64,000 nucleotides of DNA from contig CBDCXL010000002.1 of NCBI GenBank assembly GCA_965223795.1, positions 3,040,001-3,104,000 of the forward strand. Reading direction: 5' to 3'. Shown here in pieces: positions 9,847 through 18,719 of the stretch (positions are counted from its first letter, which is position 1; every line of letters begins with the position of its first letter). This DNA is from Nitrospinales bacterium. Lineage in GTDB: Bacteria > Nitrospinota > Nitrospinia > Nitrospinales > VA-1. The notes beneath the pieces were generated by a model. That model had not been told where the DNA came from. It made no database searches and saw only the letters and a program-made list of their open reading frames with translations. The translations under genes and the position numbers were made by a program.

Positions 9847-11669
9847 ACGAAGCGCACCGCGAAAATCTGGGCGACCGCTACCTGGACTGGGCGATCTTCA
9901 AGCGCATCCTGTCTTACCTCAAGCCGTACCGGCTGCTGGTGGCGCTGGCGATCGCCTTTTTGTTCGCGGTGTCGCTGCGCGATCTGGCAGGCCCGTATTT
10001 CACCAAGATCGTGATCGACGATTTCATCATGCCGGGCAAGCTTGCGGGGCTCGACCGGGTGGCGCTGATCTTTTTTACGATCCTGATCCTGGGATTCGTG
10101 CTGCAGTTCGCGCAGATGCTGCTCATGCAGTACATCGGCCAGAGAGTGATGTACGACCTCAGGACCCAGGTGTTCGCGCACCTGCACCGCATGTCCTTCA
10201 GCTTTTTCGACAAGAATCCCATCGGCAAGATGGTCACGCGCGTGGTCAACGACGTGGAAGTGCTCAACGAGATGCTGACCTCGGGCCTGATTCTGATCTT
10301 CAGCGACCTGTTCACGCTGGGCGGCATTTTCATCGTCATGCTGTTTCTCGACTGGCGGCTGACGCTGGTGGTCTGCGCCGTGTTCCCGCTTCTGTACATG
10401 GCCACCAAAGCCTACCGCACGCGCGCCCGCGACGCGCTGCGCAAAAACCGCGCCCACATCACCACGCTCAACACCTTTCTGGAAGAGAACCTCTCCGGCA
10501 TGTCCACGGTGCAGCTGTTCAACAAGGAAAAGGATCATCTCGACCGCTTCATCCGCATCAACCGCGACAAGCTGAAAGAGGACCTGCGCTCGCTGCACTA
10601 CAACTCGGTGTACCTGCCTTCGATCGACCTGTTCGCCTCGCTCGGCATCGGCCTGGTGATCTGGTACGGCGGCGGCCGCTACGTGCAGGACGCCATTCAA
10701 CTTGGCGTGCTGGTGGCGTTTTTGCAGTACCTGGGGAAATTCTTCGAGCCGATCCGCGATCTGGCGGAAAAGTTCAACATCATCCAGACGGCGATGGCGT
10801 CCTCGGAGCGGGTCTTTGAACTTTTGGACACGCCGGAGGAAGTGAAAAACCCGGATCAGCCGGCCCAGGTAAAAAAAATCAGGGGCAGCGTCGAGTTCAA
10901 GAACGTGTGGTTCGCCTACAAGGGAGACAACCACGTGCTGAAGGACGTTTCGTTTTCGGTGCGCGAGGGCGAGAGCCTGGCCATCGTGGGCGCCACGGGA
11001 TCGGGGAAATCCACCATCATCAACACGCTGTGCAGGTTTTACGACATCCAGAAAGGCGACATCCTGATCGACGGGGTGCCGGTGCAGTCCGTGAGCAAGC
11101 ACGAGCTGAGAAGGCAGATCGCCCTGGTGCAGCAGGACGTGTTCCTGTTTTCCGGCGACATCCTCGACAACATCCGGCTGGGCAACCACCACCTGGGGCA
11201 GGAGGAGATCGAATCCATCAGCCAGGCGGTCAACTCGCACCACTTCATCGACAACCTGCCGCTCAAGTACGCGCAGGACATCCGCGAGGGCGGCAAGCTG
11301 CTGTCGCTGGGGCAGAAGCAGCTTCTGTCGTTCGCCCGCGCGCTGGCGGTGGACCCGCGCATCCTGATCCTCGATGAGGCGACCTCCAGCGTGGACACCA
11401 AGACCGAGCAGGACATCCAGACCGCCATACGCGAGATGATCCGCGGCCGCACGTCGATCATCATCGCCCACCGGCTGTCAACGCTTCGGCATGTGGACAA
11501 GGTGTTGGTGCTGAAAAAGGGCGAGGTGGCCGAATTCGGCACACAGAGCGAACTGCTCAAGAAAAAGGGGATTTTTTACAACCTGTACCAGCTGCAGCAG
11601 GGAAGGGCGGAGACCGCCTCCGCCGAAGCAAAAAAATCCGCGGCGGACCCGCCCAATCCTTCTTCCTGA
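9843..11669 (+). CDS. ABC exporter, fused permease/ATPase (MdlB/YheH-like subunit)
   Basis: GATGSGKS, degenerate signature LSLGQ, ILILDEA; ATGA-coupled to previous gene, consistent with an asymmetric heterodimer. Confidence 0.92.
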   Translation: MNEAHRENLGDRYLDWAIFKRILSYLKPYRLLVALAIAFLFAVSLRDLAGPYFTKIVIDDFIMPGKLAGLDRVALIFFTILILGFVLQFAQMLLMQYIGQRVMYDLRTQVFAHLHRMSFSFFDKNPIGKMVTRVVNDVEVLNEMLTSGLILIFSDLFTLGGIFIVMLFLDWRLTLVVCAVFPLLYMATKAYRTRARDALRKNRAHITTLNTFLEENLSGMSTVQLFNKEKDHLDRFIRINRDKLKEDLRSLHYNSVYLPSIDLFASLGIGLVIWYGGGRYVQDAIQLGVLVAFLQYLGKFFEPIRDLAEKFNIIQTAMASSERVFELLDTPEEVKNPDQPAQVKKIRGSVEFKNVWFAYKGDNHVLKDVSFSVREGESLAIVGATGSGKSTIINTLCRFYDIQKGDILIDGVPVQSVSKHELRRQIALVQQDVFLFSGDILDNIRLGNHHLGQEEIESISQAVNSHHFIDNLPLKYAQDIREGGKLLSLGQKQLLSFARALAVDPRILILDEATSSVDTKTEQDIQTAIREMIRGRTSIIIAHRLSTLRHVDKVLVLKKGEVAEFGTQSELLKKKGIFYNLYQLQQGRAETASAEAKKSAADPPNPSS

Positions 11670-11815
11670 AAAACCGCTTTTTTCCCGCCTTCATCCACCC
11701 TGGTTTGACGTGGCGCAATCGGGGTTCCGCTTTTCGTCGTTGCTTTGAAGGGAATTTCTGTTACTCTGGAAAAATACTCAAAATCTTATTAAATTCAATG
11801 GTTTAAGGATAGATT

Positions 11816-12412
11816 ATGGGCGTCCACCGGCAAGTTCCCCGCACCCGCGGCCACCTGATGAAAACCCTCGAGAGCATCCCGTTTTTCAACGTGTTTTCGC
11901 CTGAGGAAAAAAAAGAGTTCGCCTCTTCGGACAACTACATGCTCGACTGCGACAACGGCACCGTGATCGTGGAGCAGGGGGACGTGGATTTTTCGCTCTA
12001 CATCCTGATGAACGGCGAGATCATCCTGACGCGCAAGGAAGCGCCGGGGGTCACCATCACCACCCTGAAACCGGGCGCGGTGTTCGGGGAGATTTCGCTC
12101 ATCCACCGCAACCCGCGTTCCACCAACGCGATCGCCAAGGGCAAGGTCAAGCTGTTCCGGCTCGACGGCGAGGTGTTCAACAAGCTGAGCCTGCCGGTGC
12201 AGATGAAGTTCAAGGACCAGTTCATCCTGGTGCTCATCAAGCGGGTGGAAGAGGTGAATCACACGCTGCTGAACCTCAAAAGCGAACTCGACCGGGTCTC
12301 CAGCGCCAGCAACAAATTCCGCGCCGACTACCACAACATCCTCAAAAGCGGCGCCCGCCTGGAAGGGGTGTTCGAGAACATGGGCGAGATGATCGACAAG
12401 CTGGTGCGCTGA
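11816..12412 (+). CDS. Cyclic nucleotide-binding domain protein with C-terminal coiled coil
   Basis: IVEQGD..LYILMNGEI, PGAVFGEISL...PRSTNAIA; no HTH seen. Confidence 0.85.
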   Translation: MGVHRQVPRTRGHLMKTLESIPFFNVFSPEEKKEFASSDNYMLDCDNGTVIVEQGDVDFSLYILMNGEIILTRKEAPGVTITTLKPGAVFGEISLIHRNPRSTNAIAKGKVKLFRLDGEVFNKLSLPVQMKFKDQFILVLIKRVEEVNHTLLNLKSELDRVSSASNKFRADYHNILKSGARLEGVFENMGEMIDKLVR

Positions 12413-12459
12413 ACGTTCTCCATTTCCCGGTCCAAATCCCTGTTGCATTCAGCCTGCGC

Positions 12460-12507
12460 TTGACAATTCATCGTGTGCGGGCTATTATTCAACCATATGG
12501 TTGAATA
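12460..12507 (+). promoter_or_regulatory. Sigma70 promoter and overlapping palindromic ArsR operator
   Basis: TTGACA-N17-TATTAT (12460-12488); perfect 22-bp palindrome TATTCAACCATATGGTTGAATA (12486-12507). Confidence 0.8.
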
Positions 12508-12841
12508 TAGGGAGGCGCAGTTGAACCGTGTGTTTCACGCTCTGGCCGACCCGACCCGCCGGCGCATTCTGGCGCAGACGGCGAAACGGCCGCAGCGGGT
12601 GACCGCGCTGGCGGAATCGTTTGCGATGTCGCTGAACGGGGTGTCCAAGCACATCAAGGTGCTGGAGGCGGCCGGTCTTTTGCTGCGGCGCAAAGAGGGC
12701 CGGGAACACCATTGCCGGATGGACCCGCGGCCTCTGGCGGAAGCGGAGAAATTCATTCAGCGTCACCGCAAATTCTGGAATCAGCAGCTGGATTCTTTAG
12801 AACATTTTTTGAGCGAAACGAAACGAGGAAAGAAAAAATGA
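12497..12841 (+). CDS. ArsR/SmtB family transcriptional regulator
   Basis: FHALADPTRRRIL, VSKHIKVLEAAGLL..RKEGR. Confidence 0.92.
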   Translation: MVEYREAQLNRVFHALADPTRRRILAQTAKRPQRVTALAESFAMSLNGVSKHIKVLEAAGLLLRRKEGREHHCRMDPRPLAEAEKFIQRHRKFWNQQLDSLEHFLSETKRGKKK

Positions 12842-13263
12842 AAAAGACCACCGTCGTGCTCAAGCGGACGCTTCCGGCTTCCCCGGAGCGGGTGTTTCAG
12901 GCCTGGTCCGATCCTGCAATGGTGCAGCGCTGGCTGATTCCGGAACCAGGCATGCGGGTGACGATGGAAGCGGAATTTCGCGTCGGCGGCGCCTACTCAC
13001 TTGTAATGCAGAACGCCGAGGGAAAAACCTTTCCGCATAAAGGGATTTACAAAGAGATCGTTGCCAACGCGAAAATCGTGTTCACCTGGAGTTCCGACTG
13101 GGTGGAGGATTCTCTGGTCACCGTTGAACTGAAACCGGCGGGGGAGGGGACCGAACTCACGTTGACCCATGAGCTGCCCGACCGCGATGGATTGGCTAAA
13201 GAGCATGAAGGCGGCTGGACCGGCGCGCTGGACCACCTGCTGGCGTTTTGCAAACAGGGTTGA
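12838..13263 (+). CDS. SRPBCC/AHSA1 (START-like) domain protein
   Basis: ASPERVFQAWSDP, FRVGGAY, KIVFTW, GTELTLTH, HEGGW; ATGA-coupled to ArsR gene. Confidence 0.9.
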   Translation: MKKTTVVLKRTLPASPERVFQAWSDPAMVQRWLIPEPGMRVTMEAEFRVGGAYSLVMQNAEGKTFPHKGIYKEIVANAKIVFTWSSDWVEDSLVTVELKPAGEGTELTLTHELPDRDGLAKEHEGGWTGALDHLLAFCKQG

Positions 13264-13371
13264 TCCTCATTGCCACTGCCTGCCCGTGCGGCCGCCCTGG
13301 CCGCATTTTCTTTGATCTTTCCTGTATATTTCAATAAAATCAATAAGTTAATAATTTCTTCCCGTTGTCCG

Positions 13372-14073
13372 ATGAAAGAAATATCCCGTCGTTTTTTCCG
13401 GCTTGTCCTGGTGCTGGCTCTCGTGGTCCTGTGCGGCTGCTCGGTGCTCAGAACCACCTACCGGGTCGGCAAGGGCACGGTGAAAGGCACGGTGTGGGTG
13501 GTCAAGGGGGCGTACCACCTGACCGCGGGGACGACGAAGCTGGTCTATAAAATCGGCAAGTTCACCTTCGATGTGGTGCGGGCGCCCATCGAGTGGCCCC
13601 TGATGAACGAGGACATCGAGGAGATCGGCGGCATGCCGGTGAAGGAAGCGATCAAAAAGGGCAAGGTGAAAAACTCCCCCTACACGGTGAAGGGCAAGCG
13701 CTACTATCCGATGACGGTGGCGCAGGCGAATGAGTACGACGAGAGCGGCATCGCCTCCTGGTACGGCAACGAGACATTGCGGCAGAAGGACGGCCACATG
13801 ACGGCGAACGGCGAGGCGTTCAACCCGAAAGGCCTGTCCGCCGCGCACAAGCTGCTGCCGCTGCCGACCAACGTGCGGGTCACCAATCTGGAAAACGGGC
13901 GCTCGGTCATCGTGCGCGTGAACGACCGCGGGCCGTTCCCCAGCATCCACAACCCGCATTCGGGCAAGCGCATCATCGACCTGTCCGCGGGCGCGGCGAA
14001 AAAGCTGGGCTATTTCCGCAAAGGCACGGCCAGGGTGCGCGTGGAAACGATCCAGATCACCGAGGTGGGGTGA
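13372..14073 (+). CDS. rlpA: RlpA family lipoprotein (DPBB lytic transglycosylase), no SPOR domain
   Basis: Lipobox LCGC; GIASWYG, TANGE, AAHKLLPL, VRVNDRGPF, RIIDLS. Confidence 0.9.
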   Translation: MKEISRRFFRLVLVLALVVLCGCSVLRTTYRVGKGTVKGTVWVVKGAYHLTAGTTKLVYKIGKFTFDVVRAPIEWPLMNEDIEEIGGMPVKEAIKKGKVKNSPYTVKGKRYYPMTVAQANEYDESGIASWYGNETLRQKDGHMTANGEAFNPKGLSAAHKLLPLPTNVRVTNLENGRSVIVRVNDRGPFPSIHNPHSGKRIIDLSAGAAKKLGYFRKGTARVRVETIQITEVG

Positions 14074-14165
14074 TACACTGCGTCATTCCTCATTGCCTGC
14101 ATTCAGGAAGCCACCGGGTGGATTCATGGGGTTGTCAAACGTAAGAGCATAAATTGGGAGGGATC

Positions 14166-14879
14166 ATGTCGCAGACCGTTGTGATCACCGGTGTGGGCTC
14201 GGGACTGGGAGCGGCGCTGGTGAAAAAATTTGCCCGCGAGGGTTGTAACGTGGGGATGCTGGCCCGCTCCACCGGTTTTATAACGAGCCTGGCTGAAGAA
14301 TTGCAGAAAGAAGGCTACACGGCTTTGCCGGTCCAGGCGGACATCACCCGGCCTCAGGATGTGGAGCGTGCGTTCGCCCAGGTGCGGGCGCAACTGGGGC
14401 CGGTCGATGTCCTGATCAATCACGCGGGCAACGCCGCCTGGAAAGCGTTCACGGATCTGGCGCCGGATGATTTCGAGCGTTCCTGGCGGGTGTGCGCCTA
14501 CGGGTCGTTTCTTTGCAGCCGGCAGGCGGTGGACGACATGCTGAAAAAAGGCAAGGGATCGATTCTGTTCACGGGGGCGACCTCAGCCATCCGCGGCCGC
14601 GCGCAGGCGCTGGCCTTCAGCAGCGCGAAATTCGCCGTGCGCGGTATGGCGGATTCTCTGGCGCGCGAGTTGTGGTCGAAAGGCATTCACGTGGCGCACG
14701 TCATCATCGACGGGGTGCTCGACACACCCTCCGTACGAGAAGGAGACCCGGTCATGCAGGAGGAGCCGTTGATGGACATCGATGCGGTGGCGAATCAGTA
14801 CTGGACGCTTTCGAATCAGGAAGGGGTGTGGAGTTTCGAGGTGGACTTGCGGCATCACAAAGAAGAGTTTTTTACCTGA
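14166..14879 (+). CDS. Short-chain dehydrogenase/reductase
   Basis: ITGVGSGLG, FTGATSAIRG, FSSAKFAVRG, GIHVAHVIIDG. Confidence 0.9.
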   Translation: MSQTVVITGVGSGLGAALVKKFAREGCNVGMLARSTGFITSLAEELQKEGYTALPVQADITRPQDVERAFAQVRAQLGPVDVLINHAGNAAWKAFTDLAPDDFERSWRVCAYGSFLCSRQAVDDMLKKGKGSILFTGATSAIRGRAQALAFSSAKFAVRGMADSLARELWSKGIHVAHVIIDGVLDTPSVREGDPVMQEEPLMDIDAVANQYWTLSNQEGVWSFEVDLRHHKEEFFT

Positions 14880-14897
14880 GTAGGGCATCGATGCCTT

Positions 14898-15338
14898 CTA
14901 AAGCGTCAAGGCGTAACGATAAAACGCCTCGTCCCGGACATAGCCCATCGATTCGTAGAGGTTCTGCGCCGGGCCGTTGGTGATCTGGGTGGCGAGCTCG
15001 ATGCGCAGCGCGCCGGTCTGGATGGCGTGCTTTCTTGCCGTTTCCATGAGCTGCCTTGCGATCTTCTTCCTCCTTTGGTTTTTTTCGACGTACAGATCGT
15101 TCAAAATCCAGATGTGGCGCATGCTCACCGATGAAAAGCCGGGGTAGAGCTGCGTGAAGCCATAAAGACGTCCATCCTCTTTTGCCGTGAAGAGAACCGA
15201 GTCCTTCTTTTCGAAACGGTCCCGCAAAAATTCCTGCGACCCTCGCCGGTCGGGAGCCTGCCCGTAAAACACCCGGTACCGATCGAACAGTTCCGCAAGC
15301 GGTTCGATATCCTCCGGGCTGGCCGCGTCTATCTGCAT
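14898..15338 (-). CDS. GNAT family acetyltransferase
   Basis: LFDRYRVFY, GFTQLYP, WILNDLYV, AQNLYESMGY; start uncertain. Confidence 0.85.
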   Translation of the reverse strand: MQIDAASPEDIEPLAELFDRYRVFYGQAPDRRGSQEFLRDRFEKKDSVLFTAKEDGRLYGFTQLYPGFSSVSMRHIWILNDLYVEKNQRRKKIARQLMETARKHAIQTGALRIELATQITNGPAQNLYESMGYVRDEAFYRYALTL

Positions 15339-15381
15339 GGCGCGCCTGCCTTCCTGCTTCGGCATACGTTGAGGCACGCGG

Positions 15382-15708
15382 TCACTTTTTGAACCCGTAC
15401 ACCGTCTCGACGCGGGCGATGCGGACTTCGTAACTCTCGTAATACTTTTCCTTGCCCATTTTCTTGGTCTCCACGTGCTCGGCGTCCTTGCGCCACGTGT
15501 CGATCGATTCGAGGTCCTTCCAGTAGGAGATGGCGATCCCGAATCCGGAAGCCTCGGCGGCTTCGACGCCCAGGTACCCCGGTATCTTGGAGGCGAGTTC
15601 CAGCATGCGCATGAGCCGGTCTTCGTACCCTTCCAGGTCGTCGGTGGTCTTGGCGGTGAAGATGGCGGCGTAATAAGGGGGCTGCGGCGTTTCGGCGATC
15701 TGGGTCAT
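15382..15708 (-). CDS. Antibiotic biosynthesis monooxygenase (ABM) family protein
   Basis: PPYYAAIFT, PGYLGVE, GIAISYW..LESI..W. Confidence 0.85.
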   Translation of the reverse strand: MTQIAETPQPPYYAAIFTAKTTDDLEGYEDRLMRMLELASKIPGYLGVEAAEASGFGIAISYWKDLESIDTWRKDAEHVETKKMGKEKYYESYEVRIARVETVYGFKK

Positions 15709-15798
15709 GACGTTCCTTTCGAGCGTGATTTCGAGTGGTTGTGCGATGAATGTACGGGATCGCCTATTTTAGCAGATGGAGAGATCGAGGCAAGATCG

Positions 15799-16062
15799 GA
15801 CAGGATGAAAAACTGGATGGTTCGCGCAACACCCACAGGGTGCCGCCCTGGGACGTAGAGAAAAGCAAAAGCGGGGGGACAGGATGGACAGGATAAAGGC
15901 GCAGGATGGAAAAGGGGAAAAGCAAAAAGACTGATTTCACCGCAAAGACGCAGAGGACGCAAAGACCCCCCCTCACCTCAGTCCTCTCCCCCCTATGGGG
16001 GAGAGGAAGAGACACAAACCGCCGAACAAAACGAAATCATCCTTCGACAGGCTCAGGATGAC
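15799..16062. repeat. Cluster of several short REP-like repeat/palindrome motifs
   Basis: GACAGGAT/CAGGAT iterations, CAGGG-TGCCG-CCCTG hairpin, CGCAAAGACGCAGAGGACGCAAAG, CCTCTCCCC..GGGGAGAGG hairpin, CCTTCGACAGGCTCAGGATGAC. Confidence 0.55.
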
Positions 16063-16138
16063 AGACAACCATTTCAGAACAACAACAATATGGAAATGCG
16101 ATCCGCGCAATAGCGCGGTCAATGGTGGTTTTTCGGAT

Positions 16139-16465
16139 TTATTTCTTCTTCTTAAATTCGATCACCAGCCGCTCGACGATGCGGCCGTTCAGGATGTGCT
16201 CGGTGAGGATTTCGTCCATGTCCGCATTGCTGCGCGGGGCGTACCAGACGTCGTCCGGGTAGACGACCATGGAGGGGCCGTGCTGGCACGCGTCGAGGCA
16301 GCCGGCCTTGTTGACGCGGACTTTTCCCTTGAGTCCGGCTTCGTGCACGCGGCCCTTGATGTAGTCGATGAGCTCCGGCGATCCGGCTTTCGTGCAGCAG
16401 CCGCGCGGATCGTCGTCTTTGCGCTTGTTGTTGCAGATGAACAGGTGCTTTTCGAAGCGGGACAT
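16139..16465 (-). CDS. Thioredoxin-like [2Fe-2S] ferredoxin
   Basis: HLFICNN..RGCC, VRVNKAGCLDACQHGPSMVVYPDDVWY. Confidence 0.9.
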   Translation of the reverse strand: MSRFEKHLFICNNKRKDDDPRGCCTKAGSPELIDYIKGRVHEAGLKGKVRVNKAGCLDACQHGPSMVVYPDDVWYAPRSNADMDEILTEHILNGRIVERLVIEFKKKK

Positions 16466-16500
16466 GCTGGGGGGATTCCGGTGGGTCCGGAACGTAAAGA

Positions 16501-17505
16501 TTAAATTTTATCGCCGGCTTTGGGTATCCGCTGCGGGTGCGATTCGAAGTATTCCTTGAACTTGCCGAAGTTGATGTAGCAGCGCTCGCAGCTGTCGGGA
16601 AACACGGTGACGATCACGCCTTTTTTGATGCGTTTCGCCAGCTCCAGTGCGCCCAGTGTGGCGGCGGCGGCGGAATGCCCGACGAGGATGCCTTCTTCCT
16701 TCTCCAGCGTTTCCACCATGTTGTAGGACTCTTCGGTGCTCACGCTGATCTTGCCGTCGAGTTCCTCTTCTTTATAGATGCCGGGAACGATGGAGGAGGC
16801 CATGTGCTTGAGGCCTTCCAGCCCGTGCAGCTCTTCCGCCGGTTCCACGGCCAGGCACTGGATGTCCGGATTGAGTTCGCGCAGCCCGCGCGTGTTGCCC
16901 ATGATGGTGCCGCCGGTGCCGATGCCCGCGAGAAAATGCGTGATCCTTCCCTCGGTCTGCTCCCAGATCTCCCTGGCGGTGGTCTCGTAATGGGCCTTCC
17001 AGTTGGAGTCGTTGTTGTACTGGTCGGGCATGAAGTAGAGGTCCGGGTTCTCCTGGTAGATCTTCTTGGCGAGAATGATGGCCCCGTCCGAGCCTTCGAA
17101 GGGGCTGGAGGTGACGATCTCGGCGCCGTAAAAATCCGCCATCAGCCCCTTGCGCTCCTTGCACACGTTGGCGGGCATGACGAGCTTGACCTTGTAGCCC
17201 TTCACCTTGCCGATCAGGGCGTAGGCGATGCCGGTGTTGCCGGAGGTGGAGTCGAGGATGATCTTGTCCTTGGTCAGCCTGCCGTCTTTCTCGCCGTCCT
17301 CGATCATCTTGAGGGCGGGGCGGGACTTGACGGAACCGCCGGCGTTGCGCCACTCGGCCTTGGCATAAATCTCGACGCCGGGAACGTCCTTGCCGATATT
17401 GTTGAGCCGGATCAGCGGCGTGTTGCCGATGGCCTCGAGCACCGAAGGATCGGTGATCACGGGACAGGACGGCGCCTGGACTTCTGCGGGAATCGGTAAA
17501 TTCAT
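16501..17505 (-). CDS. cysM: PLP-dependent cysteine synthase family protein (CysM-like)
   Basis: IGNTPLIRL, GGSVKSRPA (PLP Lys), TSGNTG, DQYNN, GTGGT, GLKHM. Confidence 0.75.
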   Translation of the reverse strand: MNLPIPAEVQAPSCPVITDPSVLEAIGNTPLIRLNNIGKDVPGVEIYAKAEWRNAGGSVKSRPALKMIEDGEKDGRLTKDKIILDSTSGNTGIAYALIGKVKGYKVKLVMPANVCKERKGLMADFYGAEIVTSSPFEGSDGAIILAKKIYQENPDLYFMPDQYNNDSNWKAHYETTAREIWEQTEGRITHFLAGIGTGGTIMGNTRGLRELNPDIQCLAVEPAEELHGLEGLKHMASSIVPGIYKEEELDGKISVSTEESYNMVETLEKEEGILVGHSAAAATLGALELAKRIKKGVIVTVFPDSCERCYINFGKFKEYFESHPQRIPKAGDKI

Positions 17506-17620
17506 AGTGCCGGTGCTTTCACTCGTTATTCACTCATTAGATGGAGTTTAGCGTCAGAGGATTCCTTTGGCGCCGCAAAAGGCGGCCGGTTTCAGAAAAA
17601 ATCCCCGCGGCTCGTTCCTT

Positions 17621-18427
17621 TCACCGCGACATGCCGCAAAACTCTTCATAATCAATCAATTCTGTAATAGTGGGGCTGTCACTGCACACAGGGCAGTGGA
17701 CATCCCGCTTGAGCTTTAGCTTGCGAAATTCCGTGTTCAGCGCGTCGTAGATCAGAAGCGATCCGATCAGCGAGCTGCCGGTGCCGAGGATCAGCTTGAC
17801 GGTCTCGACGACTTGAAAGTTTCCGATGACTCCGGCGAGCACACCCAGCACGCCGCCTTCCTGGCAGTTGGGCACCAGCCCCGGCGGCGGCGGTTCGGGA
17901 TACAGGCAGCGGTAGCACGGCCCTTCTTTGGGCTTGAACACAGTGGCCTGGCCTTCGAACCTGAAGATGCTGCCGTGGATGTTGGTCTTTCCCATCATGA
18001 CGCAGGCGTCATTGATGAGGTAGCGGGTGGCGAAGTTGTCGGTGCCGTCGAGGATGTAGTCGTAGTTTTCGAACAGTCCCTTGATGTTCTGCGAACTCAG
18101 CCGCTCGTTGTACAGCGTCACCTTCACGTCGGGATTGAGGGCCTGGATGGTCTTTTTGGCGGACTCGGTCTTGAGCATGCCGATGCGCTCGGTCGAGTGG
18201 ATGATCTGCCGCTGCAGATTGGACAGGTCCACGACGTCGAAATCGACAATGCCCAGGTTGCCGACACCCGCCGCGGCCAGGTAGTAGGCGGCGGGCGAGC
18301 CCAGTCCACCGGCGCCGATCAGCAGCACTTTCGCGTCCAGCAGCTTTTTCTGCCCCACGCCGCCCACCTCGGGAAGCATGATGTGGCGGCTGTAACGCTC
18401 GATCTGCTCGTCGGTGAAGTCGGTCAT
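17621..18427 (-). CDS. moeB: MoeB/ThiF family adenylyltransferase (E1-like), no rhodanese domain
   Basis: RYSRHI, IGAGGLGS, SNLQRQ, DGTDNFATRY, PCYRC, CPVC. Confidence 0.88.
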   Translation of the reverse strand: MTDFTDEQIERYSRHIMLPEVGGVGQKKLLDAKVLLIGAGGLGSPAAYYLAAAGVGNLGIVDFDVVDLSNLQRQIIHSTERIGMLKTESAKKTIQALNPDVKVTLYNERLSSQNIKGLFENYDYILDGTDNFATRYLINDACVMMGKTNIHGSIFRFEGQATVFKPKEGPCYRCLYPEPPPPGLVPNCQEGGVLGVLAGVIGNFQVVETVKLILGTGSSLIGSLLIYDALNTEFRKLKLKRDVHCPVCSDSPTITELIDYEEFCGMSR

Positions 18428-18708
18428 GCAGGGACCCCGCCGGCGATGGCCGGAATGATGGAAATTTCGTCTCCCTCCTTGACGGCGGTTTTCTCTCCTT
18501 CGAGGAAGCGGATGTCTTCTTCGTTCACGTATATATTGATGAACCGGCGCGGGGTGCCGTTTTCTTCACAGATGCGATCCTTGATTCCGTTGAACTGGGT
18601 TTCCAGACTGTTGAAAATGTCGGAAATGGTCGCCCCTTCCGCAGTGACCTCGCTCTGGTTGTTGGTCAACTTCATCAGGGGTGTCGGAATCCTGACTTTC
18701 ACTGCCAT
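18424..18708 (-). CDS. MoaD/ThiS/CysO family sulfur carrier protein
   Basis: VRIPTPL, FINIYVNEEDIRFL, GDEISIIPAIAGG followed by VPA. Confidence 0.9.
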   Translation of the reverse strand: MAVKVRIPTPLMKLTNNQSEVTAEGATISDIFNSLETQFNGIKDRICEENGTPRRFINIYVNEEDIRFLEGEKTAVKEGDEISIIPAIAGGVPA

Positions 18709-18719
18709 GACTTGCTCCT

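Noticed and set aside
8032..11471. Long antisense ORFs (603 and 561 aa) opposite the ABC transporter genes, and similar shadows opposite ccp, thrC, gspD, gspE, the radical SAM gene, the kinase and the curlins
   Set aside because: They mirror well-supported genes, lack motifs, and are expected from GC-rich codon bias
13338..13350. IHF-like site AATCAATAAGTTA upstream of rlpA
   Set aside because: Matches the consensus, but such short AT-rich matches are common in intergenic DNA and nothing else supports it
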